A stretch of DNA of 64,000 bases, from NCBI GenBank assembly GCA_037481835.1, contig JBBFKW010000008.1, forward strand, positions 1-64,000, given 5' to 3'. Position 1 is the stretch's first letter; every line of letters begins with the position of its first letter. The notes under the pieces are model-generated. The model was not told the DNA's origin and ran no database searches. It worked only from the letters and a program-made list of their open reading frames with translations. Below are positions 46,667 to 57,034 of the stretch, one piece after another. Source of the DNA: Desulfosoma sp. GTDB taxonomy: Bacteria > Desulfobacterota > Syntrophobacteria > Syntrophobacterales > DSM-9756. The position numbers and the translations under genes were made by a program.

Positions 46667-47893
46667 ATGGAATCGGGAAAAAGGCCCTCGGGCATGCCAT
46701 CCTCCTCGGCCCTCTCCTGTGACGACCCTTCCGGCGCCGCCGCCGGCTCGCCACATTCCGTGGGGCCTGGATGGCTCTGGGCTTTGTGGTTCGCGGTCTT
46801 TGTCTCTCTTCCGCTCTCTTCGGGTCTGGCCGCCCCGCCGGGACCGGCCGGCGATGGGCCCGTGACGGTGGGGGTGGTCCCCGTAACGATCCAGGACGTG
46901 AACCCCGCGGCGGAATATGTGGGGCATGTGGAAGCCATTCAGGCGGTGGATATCCGGGCGCGCGTGGAAGGGTTCCTTCAGGAGGTTCGCTTTCGCGAAG
47001 GGTCCCGGGTGCGCGCCGGGGATGTGCTCTATGTCATCGAACAAGACCTTTACAAGGCGCGGGTGGATGCCTCCAAAGCCCAGCTGGCCCAAGCGGAAGC
47101 CGCTTTGGATCGCTCCGAACGGTATCTCAAGAGGCTTCAGGCGGCGCGAGCGGAAAGCGTTCCGGCGACGGACATGGACAACGCCGTCGCCGCACGGGCC
47201 GAAGCGGCGGCACGCCTCCAAGCGGCCAAGGCGCAGCTTGCCGTCGATCAAATCCAACTCGCCTATACGGTGGTCTCATCCCCCATCACGGGGCGCATCG
47301 GCAAGACAGCCTACACGGTGGGAAATCTTGTAAACCCGGCTTTCGGGGTTCTGGCCCGGGTCGTCCAGGAAGATCCGATCCGCGTGGTGTACGCCGTCAG
47401 TGAAAACGACATGGCGGTGGTGCGCTCGGCCCTTCGGGAAGCGGCTTCGGGAGCCAAGAACCGCGTGCTGGCGCCGTCTTTGCGCCTCGCCGACGGGACC
47501 CTGTACGCTCAAACCGGCACCGTGGAATTCGTGGACAACCGAGTGGATCCCGCTACGGGGACCATCGCCGTGCGCGCCGTTTTCCCCAATCCCGAAGGCG
47601 TCCTCATTCCCGGCCAGTACGTCACGGTGCTCGTCAAGAACCGGGACCCCAAGCCCATGCCCGTGGTGCCTCAGTCGGCCGTGTTGGTGGATCAAAAAGG
47701 AAAGTACGTCCTCACGGTGGACCAGGCGGGACAGGTGGTCGCCCGACCTGTGACCCTGGGGCCTGCCGTGGGCACGGCCTACGCAGTGACGTCGGGCCTT
47801 GCGGAAGGGGAGCGGGTCATTGTCCAGGGGATCCAAAAGGTGCGCCCGGGTCAGACCGTCCGGCCGGAAACGATTTCCGAAGCGGGGAGGTAG
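46667..47893 (+). CDS. RND efflux periplasmic adaptor (MFP); true start uncertain
   Basis: [51 protein letters not shown]. Confidence 0.92.
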   Translation: MESGKRPSGMPSSSALSCDDPSGAAAGSPHSVGPGWLWALWFAVFVSLPLSSGLAAPPGPAGDGPVTVGVVPVTIQDVNPAAEYVGHVEAIQAVDIRARVEGFLQEVRFREGSRVRAGDVLYVIEQDLYKARVDASKAQLAQAEAALDRSERYLKRLQAARAESVPATDMDNAVAARAEAAARLQAAKAQLAVDQIQLAYTVVSSPITGRIGKTAYTVGNLVNPAFGVLARVVQEDPIRVVYAVSENDMAVVRSALREAASGAKNRVLAPSLRLADGTLYAQTGTVEFVDNRVDPATGTIAVRAVFPNPEGVLIPGQYVTVLVKNRDPKPMPVVPQSAVLVDQKGKYVLTVDQAGQVVARPVTLGPAVGTAYAVTSGLAEGERVIVQGIQKVRPGQTVRPETISEAGR

Positions 47894-47898
47894 CGGTC

Positions 47899-50800
47899 AT
47901 GTTTTCTCGGATTTTTATCGAGCGACCGCGCCTTGCGGCGGTGGTCTCCATCGTCATCACCATCGGGGGCCTCATCGCCCTATTTAACATCCCGGTGGCC
48001 CAGTATCCGCAGATCACGCCGCCGGAAATCTACGTCACCGCCACGTACCCCGGCGCAGGGGCCCAGGTGATCGCCCAAACCGTGGCCGCTCCCATCGAAA
48101 AGGAAGTCAACGGCGTGGAAGACATGCTTTACATGTCCTCCACCTGTTCCGACGACGGCACGTACCAACTGGCCGTCACGTTCGCCGTGGGGACCAATCC
48201 CGACATCGACCAGGTGAACTTGCAAAACCGCGTTCAGTTGGCCACGCCCAAGCTTCCTTCGGAGGTGGTCGCCCAGGGGATCAGCGTGCGGCGCCGTTCT
48301 TCCGACATCATGGCCGCCGTGAGTTTCTATTCCCCCAAGGGCACACAGAACATGCTCGCCCTGAGCAACTACATGAGCAATTACGTCAAAGACGCCCTGG
48401 TGCGTCTCCCCGGCGTGAGTGACGTCTTCATCTTCGGGGAGAAGGAATACAGCATCCGCATCTGGATGGACCCGGACCGCATGACGGCGTTGGGCCTTAC
48501 GGCCGAAGACGTCATCGCGGCAGTGCGCCGCCAGAACATTCAGGCCGCCGTGGGCTCCATCGGCCGGGAACCCATGGGGCCGAACCAGCAGGTGCAGTTT
48601 ACCATCCAGGCCAAAGGACGGCTGGACAAGCCCGACGAGTTCAAGAACATCGTCATTCGCGGAAACGACCAGGGCGGCTTGGTGCGCCTCGGCGATATTG
48701 CCCGCGTGGAACTGGCCGCCAAGGATTATTCCACGGAATCCATGCTGAACGGCAATCCCGCGGCCACGCTGGCGGTTTACAGGGCCACGGGGGCCAACGC
48801 CTTGGAAACCATGCAGGCCGTTCGGGAGGAGCTCAAGAGGCTGTCCAAGTCCATGCCCGAAGACATGGCCTACGAAATCATTTTGGACACGACGCGCTAC
48901 GTGTCCGCCGCCATCCATGAAATCGAATGGACCCTTGTGCTGACCTTCCTTCTCGTCCTTTTGGTCAACTACGTCTTCCTTCAGGACTGGCGGGCGACCC
49001 TGGTGCCTACGGCGACCATTCCCGTCTCCCTTATCGGCACCTTCGCGGTGCTCTTGGCCCTTGGCTATAACGCCAACACCATTTCCCTTTTCGCGCTCAT
49101 CATGGCCATCGGGCTCGTGGTGGACGACGCCATCGTGGTCGTGGAAAACGTTTTCCGGCTCATGGCCGAGGAAAACCTCCCTCCCAAGGAAGCCGCCATC
49201 AAGAGCATGGAACAGGTGACCGGGCCGGTGGTGGCGACGACTCTTGTTCTTTTGGCCATCTTCGTCCCGGTGGGGTTCATGCCGGGCATCACGGGGCAGC
49301 TTTATAAACAGTTTGCCGTGACCATCTGCACGTCGGTGCTCATTTCCACTCTGTGCGCCCTTACCCTGAGCCCCGCCATGTGCGCCACCATGCTTCGGCC
49401 GCACCGGCCCGCCCGGCGCGGGCCCTTCGCCTGGTTCAACCGCTTTTTGGACCGGGCCCGCCGCGGCTACGTGACCGGATCCGGGCTGCTCATCCGCAAG
49501 GCCGTCCTGGGCGCGCTCCTTTTCGCCGTGGTGATCGTGAGTGGCGGGGTCTTGTTTAACAAAAGCCCCACGAGCTTTCTTCCCGAAGAGGATCAGGGCT
49601 ACTTCTTTTTCAACACCCAGCTTCCCGAAGGGGCGTCCTTGGGGCGCACCTACGAGGTCATGAGGCGCATCACCGCCGAGATCCGCTCCATCGAAGGCGT
49701 CAAGGACGTCATCGGGGTGAGCGGGTTCAGTTTGCTGAGCGGCCGCGCAGCCAACGTGGGTTTCGGTATCGCCATCCTCAAGCCGTGGGATGAAAGGCCG
49801 GGGGCGTCGTTGCATGTGAGTGCCATCGTGAGGCAGGCACAAGGCCGGCTTGCGGCCATTAGCGAAGCCAATTCCTTCGCTTTCGCACCTCCGGCCATTA
49901 TCGGGTTGGGCACCACGGGCGGGTTCGACTTTCGGCTTCTGGCCAAGGAAGGTCAGAGCCCTCAGGAACTTTTCGGGGTGGCCATGTCGCTCATGATGGC
50001 CGCCAACCAGGACCCCGTTCTGTCCCGCGTTTTCACCACCTATACGGCCAACACCCCGCAGATCTTCTTCAACGTGGATCGCACCCGGGCCGAGTATATG
50101 AAGATCCCGGTGAGCCGCGTGTTTTCCACCTTGCAGGCGCACCTGGGTTCCGCCTACGTGAACGATTTCAACCTCCAGGACCGTACCTACCAGGTCAAGG
50201 TCCAGGCGGAGGCGCCCTATCGAGACGATCTTTCGGACATTCAGCGGCTCTATGTGCGCAGCGACACCGGCGATCTCGTCCCCTTGACGAGCCTGGCCAC
50301 CCTGTCCACCATCCTGGGCCCGCAGCTCATCAAGCGCTACAATCAGTTTCCCAGTGCCGACTTCAGCGGCCAGGCGGCTCCGGGGTTTTCTTCGGGACAG
50401 GCCATGGACGCCATGGAACGACTGGCGGCCAAGGTGTTACCGCCCGGCTACGGTTTTGAATGGGCGTCGGTGTCCTTTCAGGAAAAACAGGCTTCCGGCC
50501 AGGTGGTCTACCTGTTCTTCCTGGCGGTCCTCTTCGGGTACCTCTTTCTCGTCGGCCAATACGAAAGCTGGAACATTCCGCTGGCCATCATTTTTTACAT
50601 TCCCGTAGCGGCCCTCGGAGCCCTGGCGGGCTTGAGCCTCGTGGGCATGTCCCTCAGCATTTACGCCCAAATCGGCCTGGTGCTCCTGGTCGGCCTGGCC
50701 GCCAAGAACGCCATCCTTATCGTGGAATTCGCCCGGGACAGCCGAGCCCATGGATTGTCCATTTCGGAAGCCGCCTTGGCCGGGGCGGGCATCCGGTTTC

Positions 50801-51027
50801 GGCCGGTGCTCATGACGGCCTTCACCTTCATCCTGGGGGTGGCCCCCATGGTCATCGCCACAGGAGCGGGGGCGGGCAGCCGGCGGGCCATCGGAACCAC
50901 GGTCTTTTCTGGCATGCTCGTATGCACCGTTTTCGGCATTTTCCTCATCCCGTTCCTTTTCTACGTGTTCCAGACGGCTCGGGAAAAGGGGCGGGCATGG
51001 CGGGAAAAGCGCCGCGCCGAAAAGTAA
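47899..51027 (+). CDS. HAE1-family RND efflux transporter (AcrB-like)
   Basis: [46 protein letters not shown]. Confidence 0.96.
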   Translation: MFSRIFIERPRLAAVVSIVITIGGLIALFNIPVAQYPQITPPEIYVTATYPGAGAQVIAQTVAAPIEKEVNGVEDMLYMSSTCSDDGTYQLAVTFAVGTNPDIDQVNLQNRVQLATPKLPSEVVAQGISVRRRSSDIMAAVSFYSPKGTQNMLALSNYMSNYVKDALVRLPGVSDVFIFGEKEYSIRIWMDPDRMTALGLTAEDVIAAVRRQNIQAAVGSIGREPMGPNQQVQFTIQAKGRLDKPDEFKNIVIRGNDQGGLVRLGDIARVELAAKDYSTESMLNGNPAATLAVYRATGANALETMQAVREELKRLSKSMPEDMAYEIILDTTRYVSAAIHEIEWTLVLTFLLVLLVNYVFLQDWRATLVPTATIPVSLIGTFAVLLALGYNANTISLFALIMAIGLVVDDAIVVVENVFRLMAEENLPPKEAAIKSMEQVTGPVVATTLVLLAIFVPVGFMPGITGQLYKQFAVTICTSVLISTLCALTLSPAMCATMLRPHRPARRGPFAWFNRFLDRARRGYVTGSGLLIRKAVLGALLFAVVIVSGGVLFNKSPTSFLPEEDQGYFFFNTQLPEGASLGRTYEVMRRITAEIRSIEGVKDVIGVSGFSLLSGRAANVGFGIAILKPWDERPGASLHVSAIVRQAQGRLAAISEANSFAFAPPAIIGLGTTGGFDFRLLAKEGQSPQELFGVAMSLMMAANQDPVLSRVFTTYTANTPQIFFNVDRTRAEYMKIPVSRVFSTLQAHLGSAYVNDFNLQDRTYQVKVQAEAPYRDDLSDIQRLYVRSDTGDLVPLTSLATLSTILGPQLIKRYNQFPSADFSGQAAPGFSSGQAMDAMERLAAKVLPPGYGFEWASVSFQEKQASGQVVYLFFLAVLFGYLFLVGQYESWNIPLAIIFYIPVAALGALAGLSLVGMSLSIYAQIGLVLLVGLAAKNAILIVEFARDSRAHGLSISEAALAGAGIRFRPVLMTAFTFILGVAPMVIATGAGAGSRRAIGTTVFSGMLVCTVFGIFLIPFLFYVFQTAREKGRAWREKRRAEK

Positions 51028-51034
51028 AACGCCG

Positions 51035-52495
51035 ATGGAGGGAAATGGCCCCATGCAGCACGCGAAAGCGACCGGCGCCCTGAAGGGCGCCTTCACGATC
51101 CTTTGGGTTTGGCTTCTCCTGCAGGGCTGCGCCCCCGTCGGGCCCCACTACAGGGCACCGGAACCTAAGGCCCCGAACCGCTGGCATGCTCAGGATGCCG
51201 GCCCGTGGGAGACCGCGTCCCCGGATCCGGCGGTTCTCGCCCGATGGTGGGAAACTCTCGGCGATCCCCTCTTGAGCGATCTGGAACGACAGGCCCTCGA
51301 AGCCAATCCGGACCTCAAGGCGGCGGTGGCCCGAGTGCGGGAGGCACGTGCCGTGGTCGGCGTGCAGAGGGCCGGCCTTTTCCCAGTGCTCGACGCCTCG
51401 GCGGAAGCGTCCCGAAGGCGCACCAGCGGGCGAGGGCTGACGGGTCGGGCCGTGGAAACGGATTACTACCAAACGGGTTTCGATGCGGGATGGGAGCTGG
51501 ACGTTTTCGGCGGCACCCGGCGCGGGGTGGAAGCGGCCGTGGCCGATTGGGAAGCCGCTTCGGCCGCCTACGACGCCGTCCGCGTGAGCCTCATGGCCGA
51601 AACCGCCCTGGCCTATGTGGAACTGCGGACCTACCAGGAACGACTGGCCCTGACTCGAAGAAACATCGCCGTGCAGGAAGAGACCTACGCCCTGAACGTG
51701 TCCCGATACAGCGCAGGCCTTATCGACGAACTGCCCGTCCAGCAGGCGCTCTACAACCTGGAACATACCCGTGCCGCCCTCTCCCCGCTGGAGACGGGTC
51801 TGGAAGCGGCCAAAAACCGTCTCGCCGTGCTCACGGGAAAAGACCCCGGAAGCCTGGAATCTGCGCTCGCCGAACCCCGCCCCATTCCCGGGGTGCCTTT
51901 GCGCATCGCCGTGGGGATCCCCGCGGAGGCGCTCCGTAACCGGCCAGACATCCGCCGAGCGGAACGGGAGCTGGCGGCGGCCACGGCCCGGATCGGCCAG
52001 GCGACGGCGGAACTTTATCCCCGGTTCCGCTTGTTCGGAACCATCGGCTTCGAATCCTTGTCCTCGGGAGATCTTTTTGATTGGGCCAGCCGTTTGTGGG
52101 CCATCGGTCCGGGGGTGCGCTGGCGTGTGTTCGACGCCGGAGAAATCCGAAAAAACATTGAAATCCGCACGGCACAGCAGGAACAGGCGTTTCGGCGCTA
52201 TGAGGCGGCCGTTTTGAAGGCGCTGGAAGAGGTGGAAAACGCTCTCGTCGCCCTGGCCAAGGAACAGAGAAGGCTGGAACAGTTGGAAAAGGCCGTGGAT
52301 GCCGCGCAAAGGGCGGAACTCACGGCCAAGGACCGCTACCAAGCGGGGCTCGTGGACTTTACGGACGTTCTGGACGCCCAGAGAACCCTGCAGGCCTTTC
52401 AGGATGAACGAGCCCAAAGCCGAGGAGCGGTCACCGCGACCCTGGTGCGCCTCTACAAGGCCTTGGGAGGCGGATGGCAGCCGCACCATCCTTGA
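51035..52495 (+). CDS. NodT/OprM-family outer-membrane efflux lipoprotein
   Basis: Lipobox LQGC, WELDVFG, RPDIRRAER, LYKALGGGW; start may be 51035 or 51053. Confidence 0.93.
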   Translation: MEGNGPMQHAKATGALKGAFTILWVWLLLQGCAPVGPHYRAPEPKAPNRWHAQDAGPWETASPDPAVLARWWETLGDPLLSDLERQALEANPDLKAAVARVREARAVVGVQRAGLFPVLDASAEASRRRTSGRGLTGRAVETDYYQTGFDAGWELDVFGGTRRGVEAAVADWEAASAAYDAVRVSLMAETALAYVELRTYQERLALTRRNIAVQEETYALNVSRYSAGLIDELPVQQALYNLEHTRAALSPLETGLEAAKNRLAVLTGKDPGSLESALAEPRPIPGVPLRIAVGIPAEALRNRPDIRRAERELAAATARIGQATAELYPRFRLFGTIGFESLSSGDLFDWASRLWAIGPGVRWRVFDAGEIRKNIEIRTAQQEQAFRRYEAAVLKALEEVENALVALAKEQRRLEQLEKAVDAAQRAELTAKDRYQAGLVDFTDVLDAQRTLQAFQDERAQSRGAVTATLVRLYKALGGGWQPHHP

Positions 52496-52643
52496 GTTCC
52501 GGTTCGAATTTCATCCTTCGTTGCGACACCGCGACTTTCATAAAAGACGGCCATGCGCGAAGTGGGTCAAGGGGGTGGCGCGGTGCGGCCGTGATTCTTT
52601 CGGGGCTTCCCTGCGCTCACCCCAGCGGTGGTCCTAAGGCCTC

Positions 52644-55600
52644 TCACAGCGACAGGATGTCGGCCAAGCGTTTCTTTTCCGCGGCGGCGCCATCCCATGC
52701 CGGGAAGGCCCCCCCGAAGAACAGCGCAGCCCACTCCTGGTAGACGGCTTCAAGGGTTTGCGGGAACGGAGCGCCGTCTGCGGCCATGAGGCGGCAGAGC
52801 ACGTCCCAATCGGGAAGGCTTTCGCCCTGCTGCGCCAACCCTTTTGCCAACGAGAGCAAGCGGCCTTCCTGATTGACGATGATCCCCGTCTGTTCCCCGA
52901 AAGCGGCCGTAGGGAGCACCACGTGAGCCCATGAAGCCGCGGGGCCGAGAACGTTTTCCTGGAGCACGAGAAATTCAAGCCGGCCGAGCGATTCCAGGGC
53001 TTCCCTGGAGGCTTCTTCCACCAGGGCGCTATCCTGGAGGTACAGGGCGCGGATCCTCCCTGCAGAAACGGCTTCCATGACCCCGGTTTCCGGGGGAGCG
53101 GGAAGTTCTGCCCCGTCCCACAATTCCCGGATCCTGGCAAGTCCTTGGGCGTCGTCGAAAGACGTCCATCCCGGAAGGCGAGTCGGGCTCATCCCCACCA
53201 GGCACGCACCCACGGCGTTGGCATAGGGAGCCGCGAAAAAGAGCCCCGCGCCGTCCTTCTTGGCCGCGGCTTTCATGACGGAAACGAGAGCCCGGGCCGC
53301 CTGCATCGTTCGGTGGAGCGCCGGATCGGCCAGGTGTTCAAGAGGGGCCAGATCCAAGACGACGGCTGCGCTCCCCACGGCGGCGATGCCGTTGGCGAGG
53401 CTTTCCAAAACGTTCTTTTCGGCGGGCTCCAGGCAAACCCCTTTCAAGCTTTGCACCGCCTCGACCCCGAAGACCTTTTTGAGCGCCTCCAGCCCCTTGT
53501 CTCCGAACTTTTCCGCGCACTGCAAGGCCAGGCACGCCAAGAGATCCGGCCATTTCGCGCTGTCCGCAACGCTCGACAGTGCAGGGGCTCCTCGAAGACT
53601 TTCGGGCACTCGGCCCAAAACCCACAAGGGCACCCGAGCCTGATGCACCGCCCGGCGGATGGATGTGACCGTCACGGGGTTGGTGTCTTCGATCCGGTCT
53701 CCGACGAGGAGGATGGCCGGGGCCTGGGCGAGATCGGCCATGGGGGGCGCCAAGGATCGTCCCCCGTCGGCAAGGAGCCCGTAAAGCAGCGCCCCTTCGG
53801 CACTCCTTCGCCCCAGGGTATCCACGTACGGGGTTCGAAACCGCGTCCGCATCCATCGCTGCAGCAGATAGAGCCCCTCGCAGCTGAACCGCGGGGATCC
53901 CAAGGCGCCCACCGCTTCCGGTCCGTGTTTTTCCGCCGCCGCCTTCAGTCCCTGCAGGGCCGTTTCCAGGGCCTTCCCCCAGGACGCCTCGCGCAGCTCT
54001 CCGTTTTCGCGCACCAGGGGTTTGGTCGCGCGTTTTCCGCGCCAATGGTCGTCGTAAGCGCGGAATCGCCCTCTTCGGCAGGTGGATGCCCGGTTCGGGG
54101 CCGTGTCTCGGCCGTCGGCGATCCACACCAGGCGCTCGCCTTTGACCTTGAGGTCCACTTCGCAGCCGTAGCCGCACTGGATGCAGTGCGTCGGCACGGA
54201 CGCCCAATCCAGCCGTTCTACCGGGCGCCCCTGGCGGCGTTCCATGAGCGCCCCGGTGGGGCACAGGTCCACACACAACCCGCAGGAGACGCATCGGTCG
54301 TTGAATTTGGGCCAATCCTTGAAATCAATGGCGTTGCTGCACTGGAAGGTGCGGCACGCCACGTAGCAGCGTTCGCAGCGGATGCACTTGTTGGGGTCTA
54401 GGGCGATGACGGGATGGGTGTCGATGGCCGCCACGCGCTGGAAATGGATTTTCTTGCTGGGCTGTTCCCGCCAATCCACCTGGAACTCGTTCATGAGTTC
54501 CCGCAGGCGGCAATCGAAGGCGGCGCTACAGCCGCACACCAAACATCGCTCCGCCTCCCTCTTGGCCTGGGCTTCGTCCAAGCCCAGTTCCACTTCCATA
54601 AAGCTTTGCACACGCCGGGACACTTCCACTTCCGGCATGCGTTCCCGCGGGATGACTTTGTAGACCCCGAAAGGTTCCTTGTCGATCTCCTGCAGATCGC
54701 CTTTGCTGATGTTGAAATGCAAGGGTTCGGGTTCCACCTTGCCCGCCTGGAAAAATCGATTCAGGGAATAGGCGGCCTTGCGGCCGTCCGCCAGAGCGGC
54801 CACAACGGTCATGGGACCCCGGAACAAGTCGCCGCCCACGAAGATCATTTCCGCCCCCGTGTGCATGCTGCGCGGATCCCCGCCGATGGTGCTCCATCGG
54901 GTGATGGGGATCTTTTCCATGCCGGGGTCTTGGTCCGGGGTGAGCACCACCGGGTACTGGCCGATGGCACTGATGACCTGGTCCACGTCCAGAAGGGTTT
55001 CGGAGCCTTCCACGGGCACCGGGCGTCGGCGGCCGCTGGCATCCGGCTCCCCCAGTTCCATGCGGATGAATTCCAACTGCCGGACCCGGCCGTTGTCCCC
55101 GAGAACCCGCGTAGGCGCTGCAAGCAGGTGGATTTCCACGCCTTCGGCTTCCGCCGCTTCGATTTCCTCGTGGCTTGCGGGCATTTCCTTTCGAGACCGT
55201 CGATAAAGGATGGTCACCTTTTCGGCTCCGAGCCGAAGCGCCGACCGGGCGGCGTCGATGGCCACGTTGCCGCCGCCGATGACACACACGCGGCGGCCCA
55301 CCTTGACGGGTTTTCCGGCCCCGATGTTTTCCAAAAAATCCACGCCGCTTTCCACGCCCTCCAGGTCTTCGCCCACGATGCCCAACTTCCGGCTGGCCCA
55401 AGCGCCGATGGCCAGGAAAATGGCCCCGAAGCCTTCCTTCTTGAGATCATCCAGGGTGAAATCGCGGCCCCAGGCAACGCCGGTGCGCACGCGAACGCCC
55501 AGGCTGAGAATGCCGTCGATTTCCCAGTCGAGAATCTTCTTGGGCAGGCGGTATTCGGGAATGCCGTAGCGGAGCATCCCGCCCAGTTTTTCGCGGGCTT

Positions 55601-56270
55601 CGAAGATGGTCACCCCGTGCCCAAGGGCTCTCAGATAATAGGCGGCGCTCAGCCCCGCCGGGCCGCCCCCCACAACGGCCACGTGAAAGCCCGTATCCGG
55701 CGCCACCTTGGGAAGGATCCGCACGCCGGATTTCATTTCGAAATCGGCCACGAAGCGCTTGCAATGGTTGATGTTGACGGGCTCGTCCACCAGGTGTCGG
55801 CGGCACGCCCCTTCGCAGGGATGGGGGCACACGCGGCCGATGGTGGCGGGCATGGGGATCTTTTCCTTAATGAGGCGCACGGCTTCCAGGTATTCACCGT
55901 GGCGGATGAGCGCCAGGTAGCCTTGGATGTCCACGTTGGCCGGACAGGTCACCGAACAGGGAGCGACGCAGTCGCCGTAGTGGGTGTCCAAGAGCAACTC
56001 CAGGAGGAGCTTTCGGGTTTGGGAAAGGTCCGGGCCGGAGGTGCGGATGACCATCCCGTCGGAGACGGGCGTGCTGCAAGCCGCCTTGAACTGCTTTTCC
56101 CCTTCCACGGCCACGACGCATAACCGGCAGTTCTCCAAAGGGCGCAGCAGGTGCGTATAACACAGGGTCGGGATGTGGATCCCCTCGCGTTTGGCCACAT
56201 CCAAAATGGTGCTTCCTTCCGGCGCCTGCACCGTCCGTCCATCCATTGTGACCGTCACCGTTTTCGACAT
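52644..56270 (-). CDS. Multidomain Fe-S flavoprotein: NuoG/FdhF-like N-terminal Fe-S domains, embedded GltD/SfrB-like FAD-NADPH module and degenerate molybdopterin-oxidoreductase domain (1208 aa)
   Basis: IPTLC..CRLC..AC; HYGDC.APC..TCP, GRVCPHPCE, GGGPAG, YGIPEYRLP, GGGNVAID, YRR; CIRCERC...CVSCGLCVDLCP; CIQCGYGC...C; HVVLP; ATG at 56270. Confidence 0.85.
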   Translation of the reverse strand: MSKTVTVTMDGRTVQAPEGSTILDVAKREGIHIPTLCYTHLLRPLENCRLCVVAVEGEKQFKAACSTPVSDGMVIRTSGPDLSQTRKLLLELLLDTHYGDCVAPCSVTCPANVDIQGYLALIRHGEYLEAVRLIKEKIPMPATIGRVCPHPCEGACRRHLVDEPVNINHCKRFVADFEMKSGVRILPKVAPDTGFHVAVVGGGPAGLSAAYYLRALGHGVTIFEAREKLGGMLRYGIPEYRLPKKILDWEIDGILSLGVRVRTGVAWGRDFTLDDLKKEGFGAIFLAIGAWASRKLGIVGEDLEGVESGVDFLENIGAGKPVKVGRRVCVIGGGNVAIDAARSALRLGAEKVTILYRRSRKEMPASHEEIEAAEAEGVEIHLLAAPTRVLGDNGRVRQLEFIRMELGEPDASGRRRPVPVEGSETLLDVDQVISAIGQYPVVLTPDQDPGMEKIPITRWSTIGGDPRSMHTGAEMIFVGGDLFRGPMTVVAALADGRKAAYSLNRFFQAGKVEPEPLHFNISKGDLQEIDKEPFGVYKVIPRERMPEVEVSRRVQSFMEVELGLDEAQAKREAERCLVCGCSAAFDCRLRELMNEFQVDWREQPSKKIHFQRVAAIDTHPVIALDPNKCIRCERCYVACRTFQCSNAIDFKDWPKFNDRCVSCGLCVDLCPTGALMERRQGRPVERLDWASVPTHCIQCGYGCEVDLKVKGERLVWIADGRDTAPNRASTCRRGRFRAYDDHWRGKRATKPLVRENGELREASWGKALETALQGLKAAAEKHGPEAVGALGSPRFSCEGLYLLQRWMRTRFRTPYVDTLGRRSAEGALLYGLLADGGRSLAPPMADLAQAPAILLVGDRIEDTNPVTVTSIRRAVHQARVPLWVLGRVPESLRGAPALSSVADSAKWPDLLACLALQCAEKFGDKGLEALKKVFGVEAVQSLKGVCLEPAEKNVLESLANGIAAVGSAAVVLDLAPLEHLADPALHRTMQAARALVSVMKAAAKKDGAGLFFAAPYANAVGACLVGMSPTRLPGWTSFDDAQGLARIRELWDGAELPAPPETGVMEAVSAGRIRALYLQDSALVEEASREALESLGRLEFLVLQENVLGPAASWAHVVLPTAAFGEQTGIIVNQEGRLLSLAKGLAQQGESLPDWDVLCRLMAADGAPFPQTLEAVYQEWAALFFGGAFPAWDGAAAEKKRLADILSL

Positions 56271-56635
56271 AAGAGCCCTCCGCAGCACTTTTGGAGAATC
56301 GTTGGAAACCCGCGGGTAGCGCCCCGGGCTGTCTTCCGCTGTCCTTTGGGGCCGACGCATCCACCCCAGGAGTGCACCCCTTGGGAGTGAAATTCCGGCA
56401 ACCCGGTAAACCTTTAAACCTTAAGCCGAGGTGATCCAAAGGAACCCCAACCCACCAGCGCCCCGGCTTCTTCGTTCAGTCCGTATGAGCGGCATCGGTT
56501 CCGAGATCGCCGGGCCATGTTTGAAGTCCACGGGAAGCGAAAACACCACGGGAGTTTCATGGGAAAGAGAGCGGTCACGTGCGCGGGACAAGGAGCGGGC
56601 CGGATTCCGGAAAAGCCGAAGCCGTCCGTGGGTCG

Positions 56636-57034
56636 TCATTGTTCCCGTTTGAGGAGCAGTTCGATGTTGTGGCGCAGCGCCTGGGGATCGACGGGCTTTT
56701 CCATGAAAATGTCGGCGGCGATCCAATCCAGGTCGTCTTCCACCGTCCGTGTGTAGCCTTTTTCCGATTCGGGCTGGGCCGAGACGATAATGATGGGGAG
56801 TTTCCTCAAAGACTCGTTTTGCCGCAGCTTGACGGCGAAACGCAGCCCTTCGTCCACCGTGGCCATCATGATGTCCAAGACCAGCAGATCGGGGCGCTCT
56901 TCTTCGATGAGCCGAAGGCCGTCCTGGGTGTTGCTCGCCGTCAGAACATCGTAGCCGAACCGCCGAAGAATGGCCCCCGTGATCTCCAAGAAACTGGGGT
57001 CGTCATCGATAATCACAATTCGTTTCCCGCTCAT
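56636..57034 (-). CDS. Single-domain response regulator
   Basis: IIDDD, LVLDIMM, IIVSA, EKP. Confidence 0.92.
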   Translation of the reverse strand: MSGKRIVIIDDDPSFLEITGAILRRFGYDVLTASNTQDGLRLIEEERPDLLVLDIMMATVDEGLRFAVKLRQNESLRKLPIIIVSAQPESEKGYTRTVEDDLDWIAADIFMEKPVDPQALRHNIELLLKREQ

